A stretch of 64,000 nt of DNA. Source: Eledone cirrhosa (Eukaryota). The stretch spans positions 26,970,001 through 27,034,000 of the forward strand of contig OZ024760.1 in assembly GCA_964016885.1 (NCBI GenBank). Direction: 5' to 3'. This document shows positions 13,892 to 26,400 of this stretch, in pieces. The position numbers were made by a program, and so were the translations under genes. How positions within the stretch are numbered: the first letter of the stretch is position 1; each line of letters begins with the position of its first letter. The notes below the pieces were generated by a model. The model was not told the DNA's origin. It made no database searches and saw only the letters and a list, made by a program, of their open reading frames with translations.

Positions 13892-14905
13892 GGTGTTGAT
13901 GGTCTTTGCCACAAGTGACGTTAGTGAGATCCCCCTGAAGTTGTTGGTGTTGGAGAGATCTCAGGGACAACCAGAACGGCTTCAGAGAGGGAAGATCAAC
14001 CACCAGTCACATCCTGATGCTGAGGAGGATATTAGAGGGAGCTAGAGCAAAGTGCCTTCCTGCGGTCATGGTTTTCATTGACTTTAGGAAGGCCTTTGAT
14101 TCTGTGGACCATCACTGCCTGATGAAGATCTTACAGGCTTATGGAATCCCCAAGAAGATAGTGGACCTGATATCACTGCTCTACACCAACACCAAAGCCC
14201 AAATCATTACACCTGATGGGATGACAGAGTTCTTTGAGATACTGGCTGGATTGCTCCAGAGAGGTACATTGGCTCCCTACCTTTTTATCATTGTAGTGGA
14301 CTATTGTATGCGCCTTGCGCTGGAGAAACACCAGGACTCTGGCTTTACTGTAACACCGGCTCAGAGCAGGAGAGTTAAGGTGAAAAAGATATCCGATGCT
14401 GAATTTGCTGGCGACATAGTTTTGGTGACAAATACAGTGAAGGAGGCAGAGGATTTGATGCAGGAGGTTGAGACTGTGTTGATGAGTGTGGGCTGAGAAT
14501 AAATGAGACTAAGACAAAATGTCTGGTAGAGAATGTTGAGAAGCCAGAGGGGATTACTAATGTAGGCGGGAAGCCGCTGGAATTAGTTGAGGACTTTCTG
14601 TATTTGGGAGCAAAGATTGGGAATACGGAAGATGATGTGGTTGAGAGGAAGAGCAAAGCCTGGGTGGCGTGCCACAGCTGAAGATCGGTGTGGAAGTCGG
14701 ACCTTCGTGAAGACCTGAAGGTCCGCCTCTTCGTTGCTGTAGTGGAGTCTGTGCTGCTGTACAGGTCTGAGACTTGGACACTGACTAAGAAACTCACTCA
14801 GATGGTGGATGGGTGCTTCATGAGAATGCTGAGGATGGCTCTGAACATTAATTAGTATACACTGAGGATGAAGAACACGGAGCTGTACGGGAGCCTCAGA
14901 GACCA
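13891..14905 (+). mobile_element. Decayed RTE-like LINE RT fragment with inverted 5' piece
   Basis: [62 protein letters not shown]; in-frame stops. Confidence 0.85.
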
Positions 14906-14951
14906 CTGCAGAGAACAACTCCATTGATCTTGGGAATTTTACTTGCCCTAG

Positions 14952-14956
<5 letters not shown>

Positions 14957-15029
<73 letters not shown>
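14957..15029. repeat. (TG)n microsatellite
   Basis: Direct inspection. Confidence 0.97.
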
Positions 15030-15031
<2 letters not shown>

Positions 15032-15249
15032 GGCTGAAATGTTCATATGCTGTGAAATCTTGCACGCATTAATTTCAAAACTTTTTATTAATAGCTGTAT
15101 ATTTAACCCTTTAGCATTTAAACTGGCTGTATCTGGCCAGAATTCTCTCACCTCTTTCTGTTCAATCTGGCTTTAACCAACTGCTCATACTGATGTTAAC
15201 GTATTGTTCTCGAAATAAATAGTATAAAAATCTCATAGATTAGATATTA

Positions 15250-15978
15250 TGTGAGATAATTAGGTGAAGTAAAGCCTTTATCATGTAAATATATTAGTAA
15301 ATACAGAGTAATGTAAATGTTATGGGAGATATTATGTGAGGTAAAGCCTTTACTGTGAAAATACAATAGTATATATAGAGTAATGTAAATGTTATGTGAG
15401 ATATTATGTGAAGTAAAACCTTTACTGTCAAAATACAATAGTATATATAGAGTAATGTAAATGTTATGGGAGATATTATGTGAGGTAAAGCCTTTACTGT
15501 GAAAATACAATAGTATATATAGAGTAATGTAAATGTTATGTGAGATATTATGTGAAGTAAAACCTTTACTGTCAAAATACAATAGTATATATAGAGTAAT
15601 GTAAATGTTATGTGAGATATTATGTGAGGTAAAGCCTTTACTGTGAAAATACAATAGTATATATAGAGTAATGTAAATGTTATGTGAGATATTATGTGAA
15701 GTAAAGCTTTTACTGTGAAAATACAATAGTATATATAGAGTAATGTAAATGTTATGTGAGATATTATGTGAAGTAAAGCTTTTACTGTGAAAATACAATA
15801 GTATATATAGAGTAATATAAATGTTATGTGAGATATTATGTGAAGTAAAGCTTTTATTGTGAAAATACAATAGTATATATAGAGTAATGTAAATGTTATG
15901 TGAGATATTATGTGAAGTAAAGCTTTTACTGTGAAAATACAATAGTATATATAGAGTAATGTAAATGTTATGTGAGAT
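15250..15978. repeat. 72-bp satellite, block 1
   Basis: Unit ATGTGAGATATTATGTGAGGTAAAGCCTTTACTGTGAAAATACAATAGTATATATAGAGTAATGTAAATGTT; 24-aa periodicity in the ORF track. Confidence 0.97.
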
Positions 15979-18217
15979 AGTCTAAGGGCTCCACTTTCAC
16001 TACTGCCGACGTCTAAAACCACCAGTCGACCCTCCGGGTCCAGGTGCACCTTCTGTATGGCGAGGCCCAGGTGTTTTCGCAGCAGAACGACAACTCCACC
16101 CCCACCCCCCGGTTGACAGAGAGATGCGAAAATCTCAAAGTCGTCGAAGAGGGTCGCCAGTTGGTGCTCGCTGCTGATCCTGGACTCGCAAATAGCCATT
16201 ACATCCATTCTATGCGACCTGAGATTGTTTAAAAGTTTGCCTTGTTTCCAAGACAGTCCCAGGCCGCGTACATTCAGACACCCAACTCTTATATCAGCCA
16301 TGTTGGTTAAAAGAGGAAGGACCTCTGAGGAGCAGGCTGCACAATATTAATGGGCGTATTGGAGGGGTTGTTTGGTGGGGTGTTGTTCTGTGGTGGAGTG
16401 GGGGTGTTTGGTGAGGTGTGGGTGGGGAAACGTTTCAAGAGGACGCGGTTATAGGGTCGAGTACATGTTTTCCCCACGTCCTCAGGAAAGTTCTCTCTTA
16501 GTTTTGCATAGGTGTCCATTGGGAGTCTTATCATTTTTAAATGCGGTTTGTTGGCCGCGCTTGCAAAGAATTGCCCTTCAGTTTCCACCAAAGGGTCTTT
16601 GTGTATTGTTTTTACTAGTTCTTTGTTATTTGTGTTAATGTATGTATACTGTTTTATTTGTGTTGTGTTTGTTTGTTGTTCTTGTGTGTGCTTACGTTTT
16701 GTTGTATGTGTTATGTTTTGGGGTGGGGCGGATTTTGTTTGTTCTGTTTGTTTTGTTTTTGTTGGTTGTTGTGTGTTTGTTTCGTTTATGTTCGAGTGGT
16801 GCTTTCTTTTTTTCCTTTTTACAGGTTGGAAGGGTCCCCCCTCTTCGTCACGAGGTGCCGTTTCAGCTGGGTCTTCGTCTGCGCTGTCGGGTAGTGGTGT
16901 ATTTTGGGGTTTTGTTGTGTTTGTGTGTGTTTTTGGAGTTGTTTTGGGTGGGGTCGTGTCTTGTGTTATTTTTCCATGTTGTTTTTGTTGTTGTTGTGGT
17001 GGTGGTGGCGGTGGTGGTGTGTGGGGTGTAGGCAAAAGAGCCTTTTTTTGTCAATTGAGGACAGGCAGCCCTTAGATGGCCCCTGTTTGAACAGTAGTAA
17101 CATATGGGCCTCCTACCCTCGGCTGAAATGTATATAAATGTTTCTCCATCGAGGGACACCCTCTGTGGTATTCTAGCTATTCGTTCTGGTCTCATTTGGA
17201 CCAGAACCTCCACGCTCAAACCGTCGAAAACGTCTGTGGTGACTTCTCCTACTGAGAGGATTCTGTCCTCGTCTTCTAAAAATCCTGTTAGTACCCAGGA
17301 AATGCATGCATTTGGCCGGATTCCGGAGACATTTATTTTCTGCGTTCTTTTCCCTAAATATGTGGGGGAAAATGTATGTAGCTTGGAAACAATTGGCGCC
17401 ACAGAGTATTTCCTGGTCGTCAATTGATCTTTCATTAGCACCGTTATATTCCCATAGAGTGGCCCTTTTTGTATGAACGATATATCACTCCACACATTTT
17501 TTAGGACCAGCTCAATCTCTTTTTGGGATAATTGAGCTGGTTTCCTTGTTATGTTGGAAATTGTTCTGAAAGATATCGTTCTTAGTATCGTGTCTCTTTT
17601 GATTTCTTGTGGGGAGGTGATTGTGAAGTCTCCTCCTTCTTTGAAAGTTACATACTGTTTTGCTTCCTTCATCTTTTCTCTCAGATTTGTGATGTCCAGT
17701 TGCTTGCAGGTCTGTGTTTTCCGGACCGCCTCTGCAAAGGAGGCACCAGTAGTGGGTTCGCTTTGTTTGGTGTTATCGTTATTTTTTCCTTCGTTGGTGT
17801 TGTGACTATTGCTGTTATTGTCATTGTTGTTTTTGTCTGCGTTTATGTGACTTTCTGGGTTTTCACCCATTTACAAATTTTTCTTTTAATTCCGTGTTCC
17901 ATGTTTCTTTTGCAGAAGTGAAGAGGGAAGACTTACAGCCTTGTGCTTCTCGCTTCTCTGTATCACCTTTCTTAGGAGGCGTGGCTTTCTCGTTAGGATG
18001 AGATGTGAAAATTCCGTCCATTAGTTTGCCGTAATAAATTTTTAACTGGAAAATTCGCCCCAAAAAGGGGCGAAAATAAATAAACTCAAAGTTTGACGAC
18101 CAAGGCAAGGGGTTAACGTATATTACATTATAAAAAAATTAATCAAAACTCACTTTTGAGTAAGTAAATCCAACTCGGTAGCCGAGCTTGTTCACACAAG
18201 TCAACACACGTCTCTCG
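15979..18217 (-). mobile_element. Tx1-like LINE copy A, 3'-truncated (5'UTR, frameshifted ORF1, first ~107 codons of ORF2)
   Basis: MADIRVGCLNVRGL...SGALRL runs directly into satellite; homologous to the 5' part of copies B and C. Confidence 0.92.
16307..18021 (-). pseudogene. ORF1 (gag-like CCHC knuckle), frameshifted
   Basis: CYYCSNRGHLRAAC; broken into three ORFs by two indels relative to copy C. Confidence 0.85.
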
Positions 18218-19389
18218 TATACGAGATATTATGTGAGATATTATGTGAGGTAAAGCCTTTACTGTGAAAATACAATAGTATATATAGAGTAATATAAATG
18301 TTATGGGAGATATTATGTGAGGTAAAGCCTTTACTGTGAAAATATAATAGTATATACAGAGTAATGTAAATGTTATGTGAGACATTATGTGAGGCAAAGC
18401 CATTACTCTGAATATACAATAGTATATATAGAGTAATGTAAATGGTATGTGAGATATTATGTGAGGTAAAGCCTTTACCGTGAAAGTACAATAGTATATA
18501 TAGAGTAATGTTAATGTTATGTGAGATATTATGTGAGGTAAAGCCTTTACCGTGAAAGTACAATAGTATATATAGAGTAATGTAAATGTTATGTGAGATG
18601 TTATGTGAGGTAAAGCCTTTACTGTGAAAGTACAATAGTATATATAGAGTAATGTAAATGTTATGTGAGATATTATGAGAGGTAAACTTTTACTGTGAAA
18701 ATACAATAGTATATATAGAGTAATGTAAATGTTATGTGAGAAATTATGTGAAGTAAAGCCTTTACCATAAAAATACAATACTATATATAGAATAATGTAA
18801 ATGTTATGTAAGGTATTATGTGAGGTAAAGCATTTACCATGAAAATATAATTGTATATATAGAGTAATGTAAATGTTATGAGATATTATGTCAGGTAAAC
18901 CTTTACTGTGAAAATATAACAGTATATATAGAGTTATGTGAGGTAAAGCCTTTACTGTGAAAATACAATAGTATATATAGAGTAATGTAAATGTTATGTG
19001 AGATATTATGTGAGGTAAAACCTTTACTGTGAAAATACAATAGTAAATATAGAGTAATGTAAATGTTATGTGAGATATTATGTGAGGTAAAGCCTTTACT
19101 GTGAAAATACAATAGTATATATAGAGTAATGTAAATGTTATGAGATATTATGTCAGGTAAACCTTTACTGTGAAAATATAACAGTATATATAGAGTTATG
19201 TGAGGTAAAGCCTTTACTGTGAAAATACAATAGTATATATAGCGTAATGTAAATGTTATGTGAGATATTATGTGAGGTAAAACCTTTACTGTGAAAATAC
19301 AATAGTAAATATAGAGTAATGTAAATGTTATGGGAGATATTATGTGAGGTAAAGCCTTTACTGTGAAAATACAATAGTATATATAGAGT
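18218..19389. repeat. 72-bp satellite, block 2
   Basis: Same unit with variants; appears identical to block 3. Confidence 0.97.
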
Positions 19390-19625
19390 GGTTTCTTTAT
19401 TTGCCACTAGGGCACAAAAGGTAGGGACAGATACAAGGGGGGAAGTTTACATATAATTAACGAGTACAAAAATATAACAATGAAATAACAACAACAAACG
19501 AAGTCCTCAATAGGGAGGGGGCATTAACATGGGTCGCACACACCCTGGAAAAAATGTGTAACCTTTTCCTCAGGAGCACAAAGAGTAGGTGCTTCCCTCG
19601 TCTCCTCTTTTTCCTCTTCTTTCAC

Positions 19626-22600
19626 CTACAGGCTGATATAGAGAGAAGACCCATTCACTCTGGCCATTCTCCCTACTTTCACCCACCTTTCATAAAACTT
19701 GCTGGGGTAGAGCACCTCTCTCTCCATTCTGATCCTTCTTTTAAAATGGTATTTGAAAAAGGGGACCAGTTGTTGGCCGGAGAGAAAGGTGTCTGACCTC
19801 AGCCCTTTCAGCCTCGTCCACCATACAACTTCTTTAGCCATGGCTACCACACAGAGAAAAACCGCCTCTCCTTCGTTTTTGAAATGGGGAGGCGGTTTGA
19901 TCGTGACAATGGACTCGGTGGTCAACCGGATTGGTCCCACCCTCGACAGTAGTCGTTCCACATAGCCCCACAGGTCAGCAATGCCTGGGCAGTGTACGAA
20001 TGCGTGCGCAACGGTTTCGTCATCATGAACGCATCTCGGACAGATCTTATTCAAAGGATCTCTACCCAGGCTCCCATGCCTGTGGAGCTTGTCTCGAACG
20101 GGTAGAGCCCCTCGGTAGCACTGCCAAGCCAGGGACTTTTGGAAGTTGTCCATCGGTCCAGGGCCAAACGTCCTACCGAACAGACTGGCCAGTTCATCTT
20201 CCTCCATGCCTAGAGCTTCTCCGAGAGCATCGTCGCACCTGCTGCGTACCAACCCTCTATAGAATGTCGACGTGGAGTCTCCACTGATTGCCGGGTCCGC
20301 TTTCCAGAGGGCCGTGAGCGCCTGGGCACATTCAATGTGCCAGTCGCCCACTTTTCTCGGTCTTTGCTTGACCCAGGATTGCAGCTCGGTGAGCGAGACG
20401 AGTCTGGGAAAGGCTCGCCTCACAAACGGGGCCCACACCGGTTGACCGGTGAGGAATACCTGGAGGTGCCGTAGCCTTAATGCGTGTTTACGCATCTGTA
20501 GCCACGGCATCCCCAGCCCTCCTTTCGAAGGGTGTTGACAGCAGATGGATCTCCTCACCAAAGGGGTCCGCTTGTTCCAAAGAAATTGGAACAGCGCGCA
20601 CTCCATTTTGGCGAGTCTTTTCACTGGGCAAGGCACGACGGTCAAGCGGTAGTAGATGACGGATGCTATATAAGTATTCGCCACCTCCGCTCGACCTTTC
20701 AGGGATAGTTTGCACTGGGCCCACTTCTGGGTGAGTGCAAACACCCTGGCCGTTACCTCGTTCCAGTTTTTCTCCACCTGGAGGTCTGGTCCGAACCAGA
20801 CCCCAAGCAGCTTCACCGGGCCCTCCGTCCAGCGTCCGACGACGTCGTTGGAGGGCATCGGTTTGCCTCTCCATGTTCCGAGTTGCAAACCGACGGACTT
20901 GTCCCGGTTCAGCTTGGCTCCTGTAAACCTTTCATATTCCTCCAGTAAGGTGCTGATCTCACCGATTTGCGAGGTTTTCGACACCATTACTGTCACGTCA
21001 TCGGCGTAGGCCGACGCCGCTTTCTGCAATCCCGGTTCCAAAGGGATGCCCTGCAACCGCTCCAACTTCCGCAGTAGTGGCTCAAGAGCCAGCACATACA
21101 GTAGGGAGGAGAGAGGGCATCCCTGTCGGATGGATCGCATGATTTGGAACGGCTCCGAGAGGTAGCCGTTCACCTTGACCCTTGAGCAGACGTTGCTGCT
21201 GTGCATCGCAGCAATCCAACCCCTGAAAACGGGTCCGAAGCCTGCCGCCGCGAGCACCGCATCCAGGTAACGATGGTCAACCCTATCGAAAGCTTTAGAT
21301 TGATCCAAGTTGATCAGGGCCCCACCAAAGCCGGGTTCATTCCCTACCCTCTCTATGATGTATCGCATAAGGTGGAGATTGTCGTGAATGGACCTGGACG
21401 GGATTGCGCATGTCTGCGCTTCTCCCACCAGGTTTCCAACGACAAGCGCCAACCTCTTCGCTAACACCTTGACCAAAATCTTTAACTCTGTATTTAGCAG
21501 AGTTATGGGCCTGAAGTTACTTATGTCATCCCCCTTGTTCTCATCCTTCCTCACCAGCGTAACTACGCCCTTGGTCACAGAACTGGGAATTCTCCCGTTC
21601 TGCTGCCAGTTGCAGTAGACCGCTTCGAGGATATCGGAGAACAAGTCCGGCATCGCTACATATAGCTCGTATGGTAGACCATCGAGACCCGGGGATTTGC
21701 GTTTGCCGCATTGGCTCAGCGCCGCCCCTATCTCAGCAGCTGAAATCGGCCTTTCGCAGGACTTCGCCTCCGCGTCCGAGAGGCGCGGCAGACCGTCGAG
21801 GTATGGATTGAAATCCATAGTCTCACCCGGCGCGCCGCCCCTCTCGAACAGTCGTGCAAAGTGCCGCTGAAAGGCCGCACACATCTGCCCAGGTTCAAGG
21901 ATCACACGCCCATCCTGGTCCTTCAAAGACCGAATCGTGGACTTGTTCCCACTTTTTGCCTCTGTCACTCGGGCCCAGCTCACAGCTTTGGCTCCCTCAT
22001 TACCCAGAGCACGTATTTTACTCCTGACAACGCAGCCTTCATGCTTCACCTCAAAGAACTGGTCTAAGGCCATTCTTGATGCCAGCACGCCGGCTACATT
22101 GCCACTCCTAATCGCCTCTTCTACTCTATCTACTAATTCCCTTTCCGTCTTGTTCCTATCCCTTGCTAATTCCTGACTAAAACCTATCGATTCTATTCTA
22201 ATTGCTCTCTTAAGAGAGCTCCACCACCTGTTGTTGACAATTGCCCCTGTCAAACTCTGCTTAACTAACGTGCTAATCCGTTTACTGTAAGCTTTGCTTC
22301 TCGGTAAGGACAAGTTCAGCTTCCAGTAACCGGGTCCCTGTCTATGGGTTCTATCAAGGTTGGCTATGCAGGTCACTAACTTGTGATCCGAATAGTCAAC
22401 CATGAACATTTTTGGACAGCTAAATGTGTCCCTATCGTTCTCTCTAACTAGGACCCTATCTAGGTACGACCTAGATGTTCCACTGCGATTGGTCCACGTC
22501 CATAGTGGTACAGTCGGAAAATCTAGCCGATATCTATCGGCCAGGTCAAATCGGCCGATTAACCTTTTGAGGCTGTTACACCCCCCTCTATTGGCACATG

Positions 22601-23063
22601 CCCCTACATAGTCCCAACGTGCATCCAGGATACCATTCCAGTCCCCCACTAAAAGCAAGGAACGGGACGTTCCCAGAAAAGTTTCCAGACGTTGGAAGTA
22701 TTCCCGCCGCGCTGCCCAAAAAGGGGCGTACACAGCTATTAGTCTAAGGGCTCCACTTTCACTACTGCCGACGTCTAAAACCACCAGTCGACCCTCCGGG
22801 TCCAGGTGCACCTTCTGTATGGCGAGGCCCAGGTGTTTTCGCAGCAGAACGACAACTCCACCCCCACCCCCCGGTTGACAGAGAGATGCGAAGAGCTCAA
22901 AGTCGTCGAAGAGGGGCGCCAGTTGGTGCTCGCTGCTGATCCTGGACTCGCAAATAGCCATTACATCCATTCTATGCGACCTGAGATCGTTTAAAAGTTT
23001 GCCTTGTTTCCAAGACAGTCCCAGGCCACGTACATTCAGACACCCAACTCTTATATCAGCCAT
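19626..23063 (-). CDS. ORF2: APE endonuclease, reverse transcriptase, C-terminal zinc finger (Tx1/L1 clade), 1145 aa, intact
   Basis: LNVRGL, VYAP, VGDWNG, SYLDRVL, YSDH (APE); PGLDGLP, FRPITLLN, DQSKAFDRVDH, RQGCPLS, YADD (RT); CPRC...ETVAHAFVHC. Confidence 0.97.
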   Translation of the reverse strand: MADIRVGCLNVRGLGLSWKQGKLLNDLRSHRMDVMAICESRISSEHQLAPLFDDFELFASLCQPGGGGGVVVLLRKHLGLAIQKVHLDPEGRLVVLDVGSSESGALRLIAVYAPFWAARREYFQRLETFLGTSRSLLLVGDWNGILDARWDYVGACANRGGCNSLKRLIGRFDLADRYRLDFPTVPLWTWTNRSGTSRSYLDRVLVRENDRDTFSCPKMFMVDYSDHKLVTCIANLDRTHRQGPGYWKLNLSLPRSKAYSKRISTLVKQSLTGAIVNNRWWSSLKRAIRIESIGFSQELARDRNKTERELVDRVEEAIRSGNVAGVLASRMALDQFFEVKHEGCVVRSKIRALGNEGAKAVSWARVTEAKSGNKSTIRSLKDQDGRVILEPGQMCAAFQRHFARLFERGGAPGETMDFNPYLDGLPRLSDAEAKSCERPISAAEIGAALSQCGKRKSPGLDGLPYELYVAMPDLFSDILEAVYCNWQQNGRIPSSVTKGVVTLVRKDENKGDDISNFRPITLLNTELKILVKVLAKRLALVVGNLVGEAQTCAIPSRSIHDNLHLMRYIIERVGNEPGFGGALINLDQSKAFDRVDHRYLDAVLAAAGFGPVFRGWIAAMHSSNVCSRVKVNGYLSEPFQIMRSIRQGCPLSSLLYVLALEPLLRKLERLQGIPLEPGLQKAASAYADDVTVMVSKTSQIGEISTLLEEYERFTGAKLNRDKSVGLQLGTWRGKPMPSNDVVGRWTEGPVKLLGVWFGPDLQVEKNWNEVTARVFALTQKWAQCKLSLKGRAEVANTYIASVIYYRLTVVPCPVKRLAKMECALFQFLWNKRTPLVRRSICCQHPSKGGLGMPWLQMRKHALRLRHLQVFLTGQPVWAPFVRRAFPRLVSLTELQSWVKQRPRKVGDWHIECAQALTALWKADPAISGDSTSTFYRGLVRSRCDDALGEALGMEEDELASLFGRTFGPGPMDNFQKSLAWQCYRGALPVRDKLHRHGSLGRDPLNKICPRCVHDDETVAHAFVHCPGIADLWGYVERLLSRVGPIRLTTESIVTIKPPPHFKNEGEAVFLCVVAMAKEVVWWTRLKGLRSDTFLSGQQLVPFFKYHFKRRIRMEREVLYPSKFYERWVKVGRMARVNGSSLYISL

Positions 23064-23078
23064 GTTGGTTAAAAGAGG

Positions 23079-24796
23079 AAGGACCTACCTGTTCGGCTCC
23101 TGAGGAGCAGGTTGCACAATATCCATGGGCGTATTGGAGGGGTTGTTTGGTGGGGTGTTGTTCTGTGGTGGAGTGGGGGTGTTTGGTGAGGTGTGGGTGG
23201 GGAAACGTTTCAAGAGGACGCGGTTATAGGGTCGAGTACATGTTTTCCCCACGTCCTCAGGAAAGTTCTCTCTTAGTTTTGCATAGGTGTCCATTGGGAG
23301 TCTTATCATTTTTAAATGCGGTTTGTTGGCCGCGCTTGCAAAGAATTGCCCTTCAGTTTCCACCAAAGGGTCTTTGTGTATTGTTTTTACTAGTTCTTTG
23401 TTATTTGTGTTAATGTATGTATACTGTTTTATTTGTGTTGTGTTTGTTTGTTGTTCTTGTGTGTGCTTACGTTTTGTTGTATGTGTTATGTTTTGGGGTG
23501 GGGCGGATTTTGTTTGTTCTGTTTGTTTTGTTTTTGTTGGTTGTTGTGTGTTTGTTTCGTTTATGTTCGAGTGGTGCTTTCTTTTTTTCCTTTTTACAGG
23601 TTGGAAGGGTCCCCCCTCTTCGTCACGAGGTGCCGTTTCAGCTGGGTCTTCGTCTGCGCTGTCGGGTAGTGGTGTATTTTGGGGTTTTGTTGTGTTTGTG
23701 TGTGTTTTTGGAGTTGTTTTGGGTGGGGTCGTGTCTTGTGTTATTTTTCCATGTTGTTTTTGTTGTTGTTGTGGTGGTGGTGGCGGTGGTGGTGTGTGGG
23801 GTGTAGGCAAAAGAGCCTTTTTTTGTCAATTGAGGACAGGCAGCCCTTAGATGGCCCCTGTTTGAACAGTAGTAACATATGGGCCTCCTACCCTCGGCTG
23901 AAATGTATATAAATGTTTCTCCATCGAGGGACACCCTCTGTGGTATTCTAGCTATTCGTTCTGGTCTCATTTGGACCAGAACCTCCACGCTCAAACCGTC
24001 GAAAACGTCTGTGGTGACTTCTCCTACTGAGAGGATTCTGTCCTCGTCTTCTAAAAATCCTGTTAGTACCCAGGAAATGCATGCATTTGGCCGGATTCCG
24101 GAGACATTTATTTTCTGCGTTCTTTTCCCTAAATATGTGGGGGAAAATGTATGTAGCTTGGAAACAATTGGCGCCACAGAGTATTTCCTGGTCGTCAATT
24201 GATCTTTCATTAGCACCGTTATATTCCCATAGAGTGGCCCTTTTTGTATGAACGATATATCACTCCACACATTTTTTAGGACCAGCTCAATCTCTTTTTG
24301 GGATAATTGAGCTGGTTTCCTTGTTATGTTGGAAATTGTTCTGAAAGATATCGTTCTTAGTATCGTGTCTCTTTTGATTTCTTGTGGGGAGGTGATTGTG
24401 AAGTCTCCTCCTTCTTTGAAAGTTACATACTGTTTTGCTTCCTTCATCTTTTCTCTCAGATTTGTGATGTCCAGTTGCTTGCAGGTCTGTGTTTTCCGGA
24501 CCGCCTCTGCAAAGGAGGCACCAGTAGTGGGTTCGCTTTGTTTGGTGTTATCGTTATTTTTTCCTTCGTTGGTGTTGTGACTATTGCTGTTATTGTCATT
24601 GTTGTTTTTGTCTGCGTTTATGTGACTTTCTGGGTTTTCACCCATTTACAAATTTTTCTTTTAATTCCGTGTTCCATGTTTCTTTTGCAGAAGTGAAGAG
24701 GGAAGACTTACAGCCTTGTGCTTCTCGCTTCTCTGTATCACCTTTCTTAGGAGGCGTGGCTTTCTCGTTAGGATGAGATGTGAAAATTCCGTCCAT
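23079..24796 (-). pseudogene. ORF1 of copy B, frameshifted as in copy A
   Basis: 335-aa and 241-aa pieces; CCHC knuckle; 7-A run where copy C has an in-frame 9-A run. Confidence 0.85.
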
Positions 24797-24992
24797 TAGT
24801 TTGCCGTAATAAATTTTTAACTGGAAAATTCGCCCCAAAAAGGGGCGAAAATAAATAAACTCAAAGTTTGACGACCAAGGCAAGGGGTTAACGTATATTA
24901 CATTATAAAAAAATTAATCAAAACTCACTTTTGAGTAAGTAAATCCAACTCGGTAGCCGAGCTTGTTCACACAAGTCAACACACGTCTCTCG

Positions 24993-26164
24993 TATACGAG
25001 ATATTATGTGAGATATTATGTGAGGTAAAGCCTTTACTGTGAAAATACAATAGTATATATAGAGTAATATAAATGTTATGGGAGATATTATGTGAGGTAA
25101 AGCCTTTACTGTGAAAATATAATAGTATATACAGAGTAATGTAAATGTTATGTGAGACATTATGTGAGGCAAAGCCATTACTCTGAATATACAATAGTAT
25201 ATATAGAGTAATGTAAATGGTATGTGAGATATTATGTGAGGTAAAGCCTTTACCGTGAAAGTACAATAGTATATATAGAGTAATGTTAATGTTATGTGAG
25301 ATATTATGTGAGGTAAAGCCTTTACCGTGAAAGTACAATAGTATATATAGAGTAATGTAAATGTTATGTGAGATGTTATGTGAGGTAAAGCCTTTACTGT
25401 GAAAGTACAATAGTATATATAGAGTAATGTAAATGTTATGTGAGATATTATGAGAGGTAAACTTTTACTGTGAAAATACAATAGTATATATAGAGTAATG
25501 TAAATGTTATGTGAGAAATTATGTGAAGTAAAGCCTTTACCATAAAAATACAATACTATATATAGAATAATGTAAATGTTATGTAAGGTATTATGTGAGG
25601 TAAAGCATTTACCATGAAAATATAATTGTATATATAGAGTAATGTAAATGTTATGAGATATTATGTCAGGTAAACCTTTACTGTGAAAATATAACAGTAT
25701 ATATAGAGTTATGTGAGGTAAAGCCTTTACTGTGAAAATACAATAGTATATATAGAGTAATGTAAATGTTATGTGAGATATTATGTGAGGTAAAACCTTT
25801 ACTGTGAAAATACAATAGTAAATATAGAGTAATGTAAATGTTATGTGAGATATTATGTGAGGTAAAGCCTTTACTGTGAAAATACAATAGTATATATAGA
25901 GTAATGTAAATGTTATGAGATATTATGTCAGGTAAACCTTTACTGTGAAAATATAACAGTATATATAGAGTTATGTGAGGTAAAGCCTTTACTGTGAAAA
26001 TACAATAGTATATATAGCGTAATGTAAATGTTATGTGAGATATTATGTGAGGTAAAACCTTTACTGTGAAAATACAATAGTAAATATAGAGTAATGTAAA
26101 TGTTATGGGAGATATTATGTGAGGTAAAGCCTTTACTGTGAAAATACAATAGTATATATAGAGT
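24993..26164. repeat. 72-bp satellite, block 3
   Basis: Offset exactly 6775 bp from block 2. Confidence 0.97.
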
Positions 26165-26400
26165 GGTTTCTTTATTTGCCACTAGGGCACAAAAGGTAGG
26201 GACAGATACAAGGGGGGAAGTTTACATATAATTAACGAGTACAAAAATATAACAATGAAATAACAACAACAAACGAAGTCCTCAATAGGGAGGGGGCATT
26301 AACATGGGTCGCACACACCCTGGAAAAAATGTGTAACCTTTTCCTCAGGAGCACAAAGAGTAGGTGCTTCCCTCGTCTCCTCTTTTTCCTCTTCTTTCAC

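Larger units (their letters stand above)
19390..24992 (-). mobile_element. Full-length Tx1-like LINE copy B
   Basis: ORF1 plus ORF2; 3' end AATAAAGAAACC with no poly(A); both ends abut satellite. Confidence 0.95.

Noticed and set aside
15294-16301. Endonuclease-repeat fusion protein (335 aa)
   Set aside because: Read-through of truncated ORF2 into satellite; catalytic APE motifs missing
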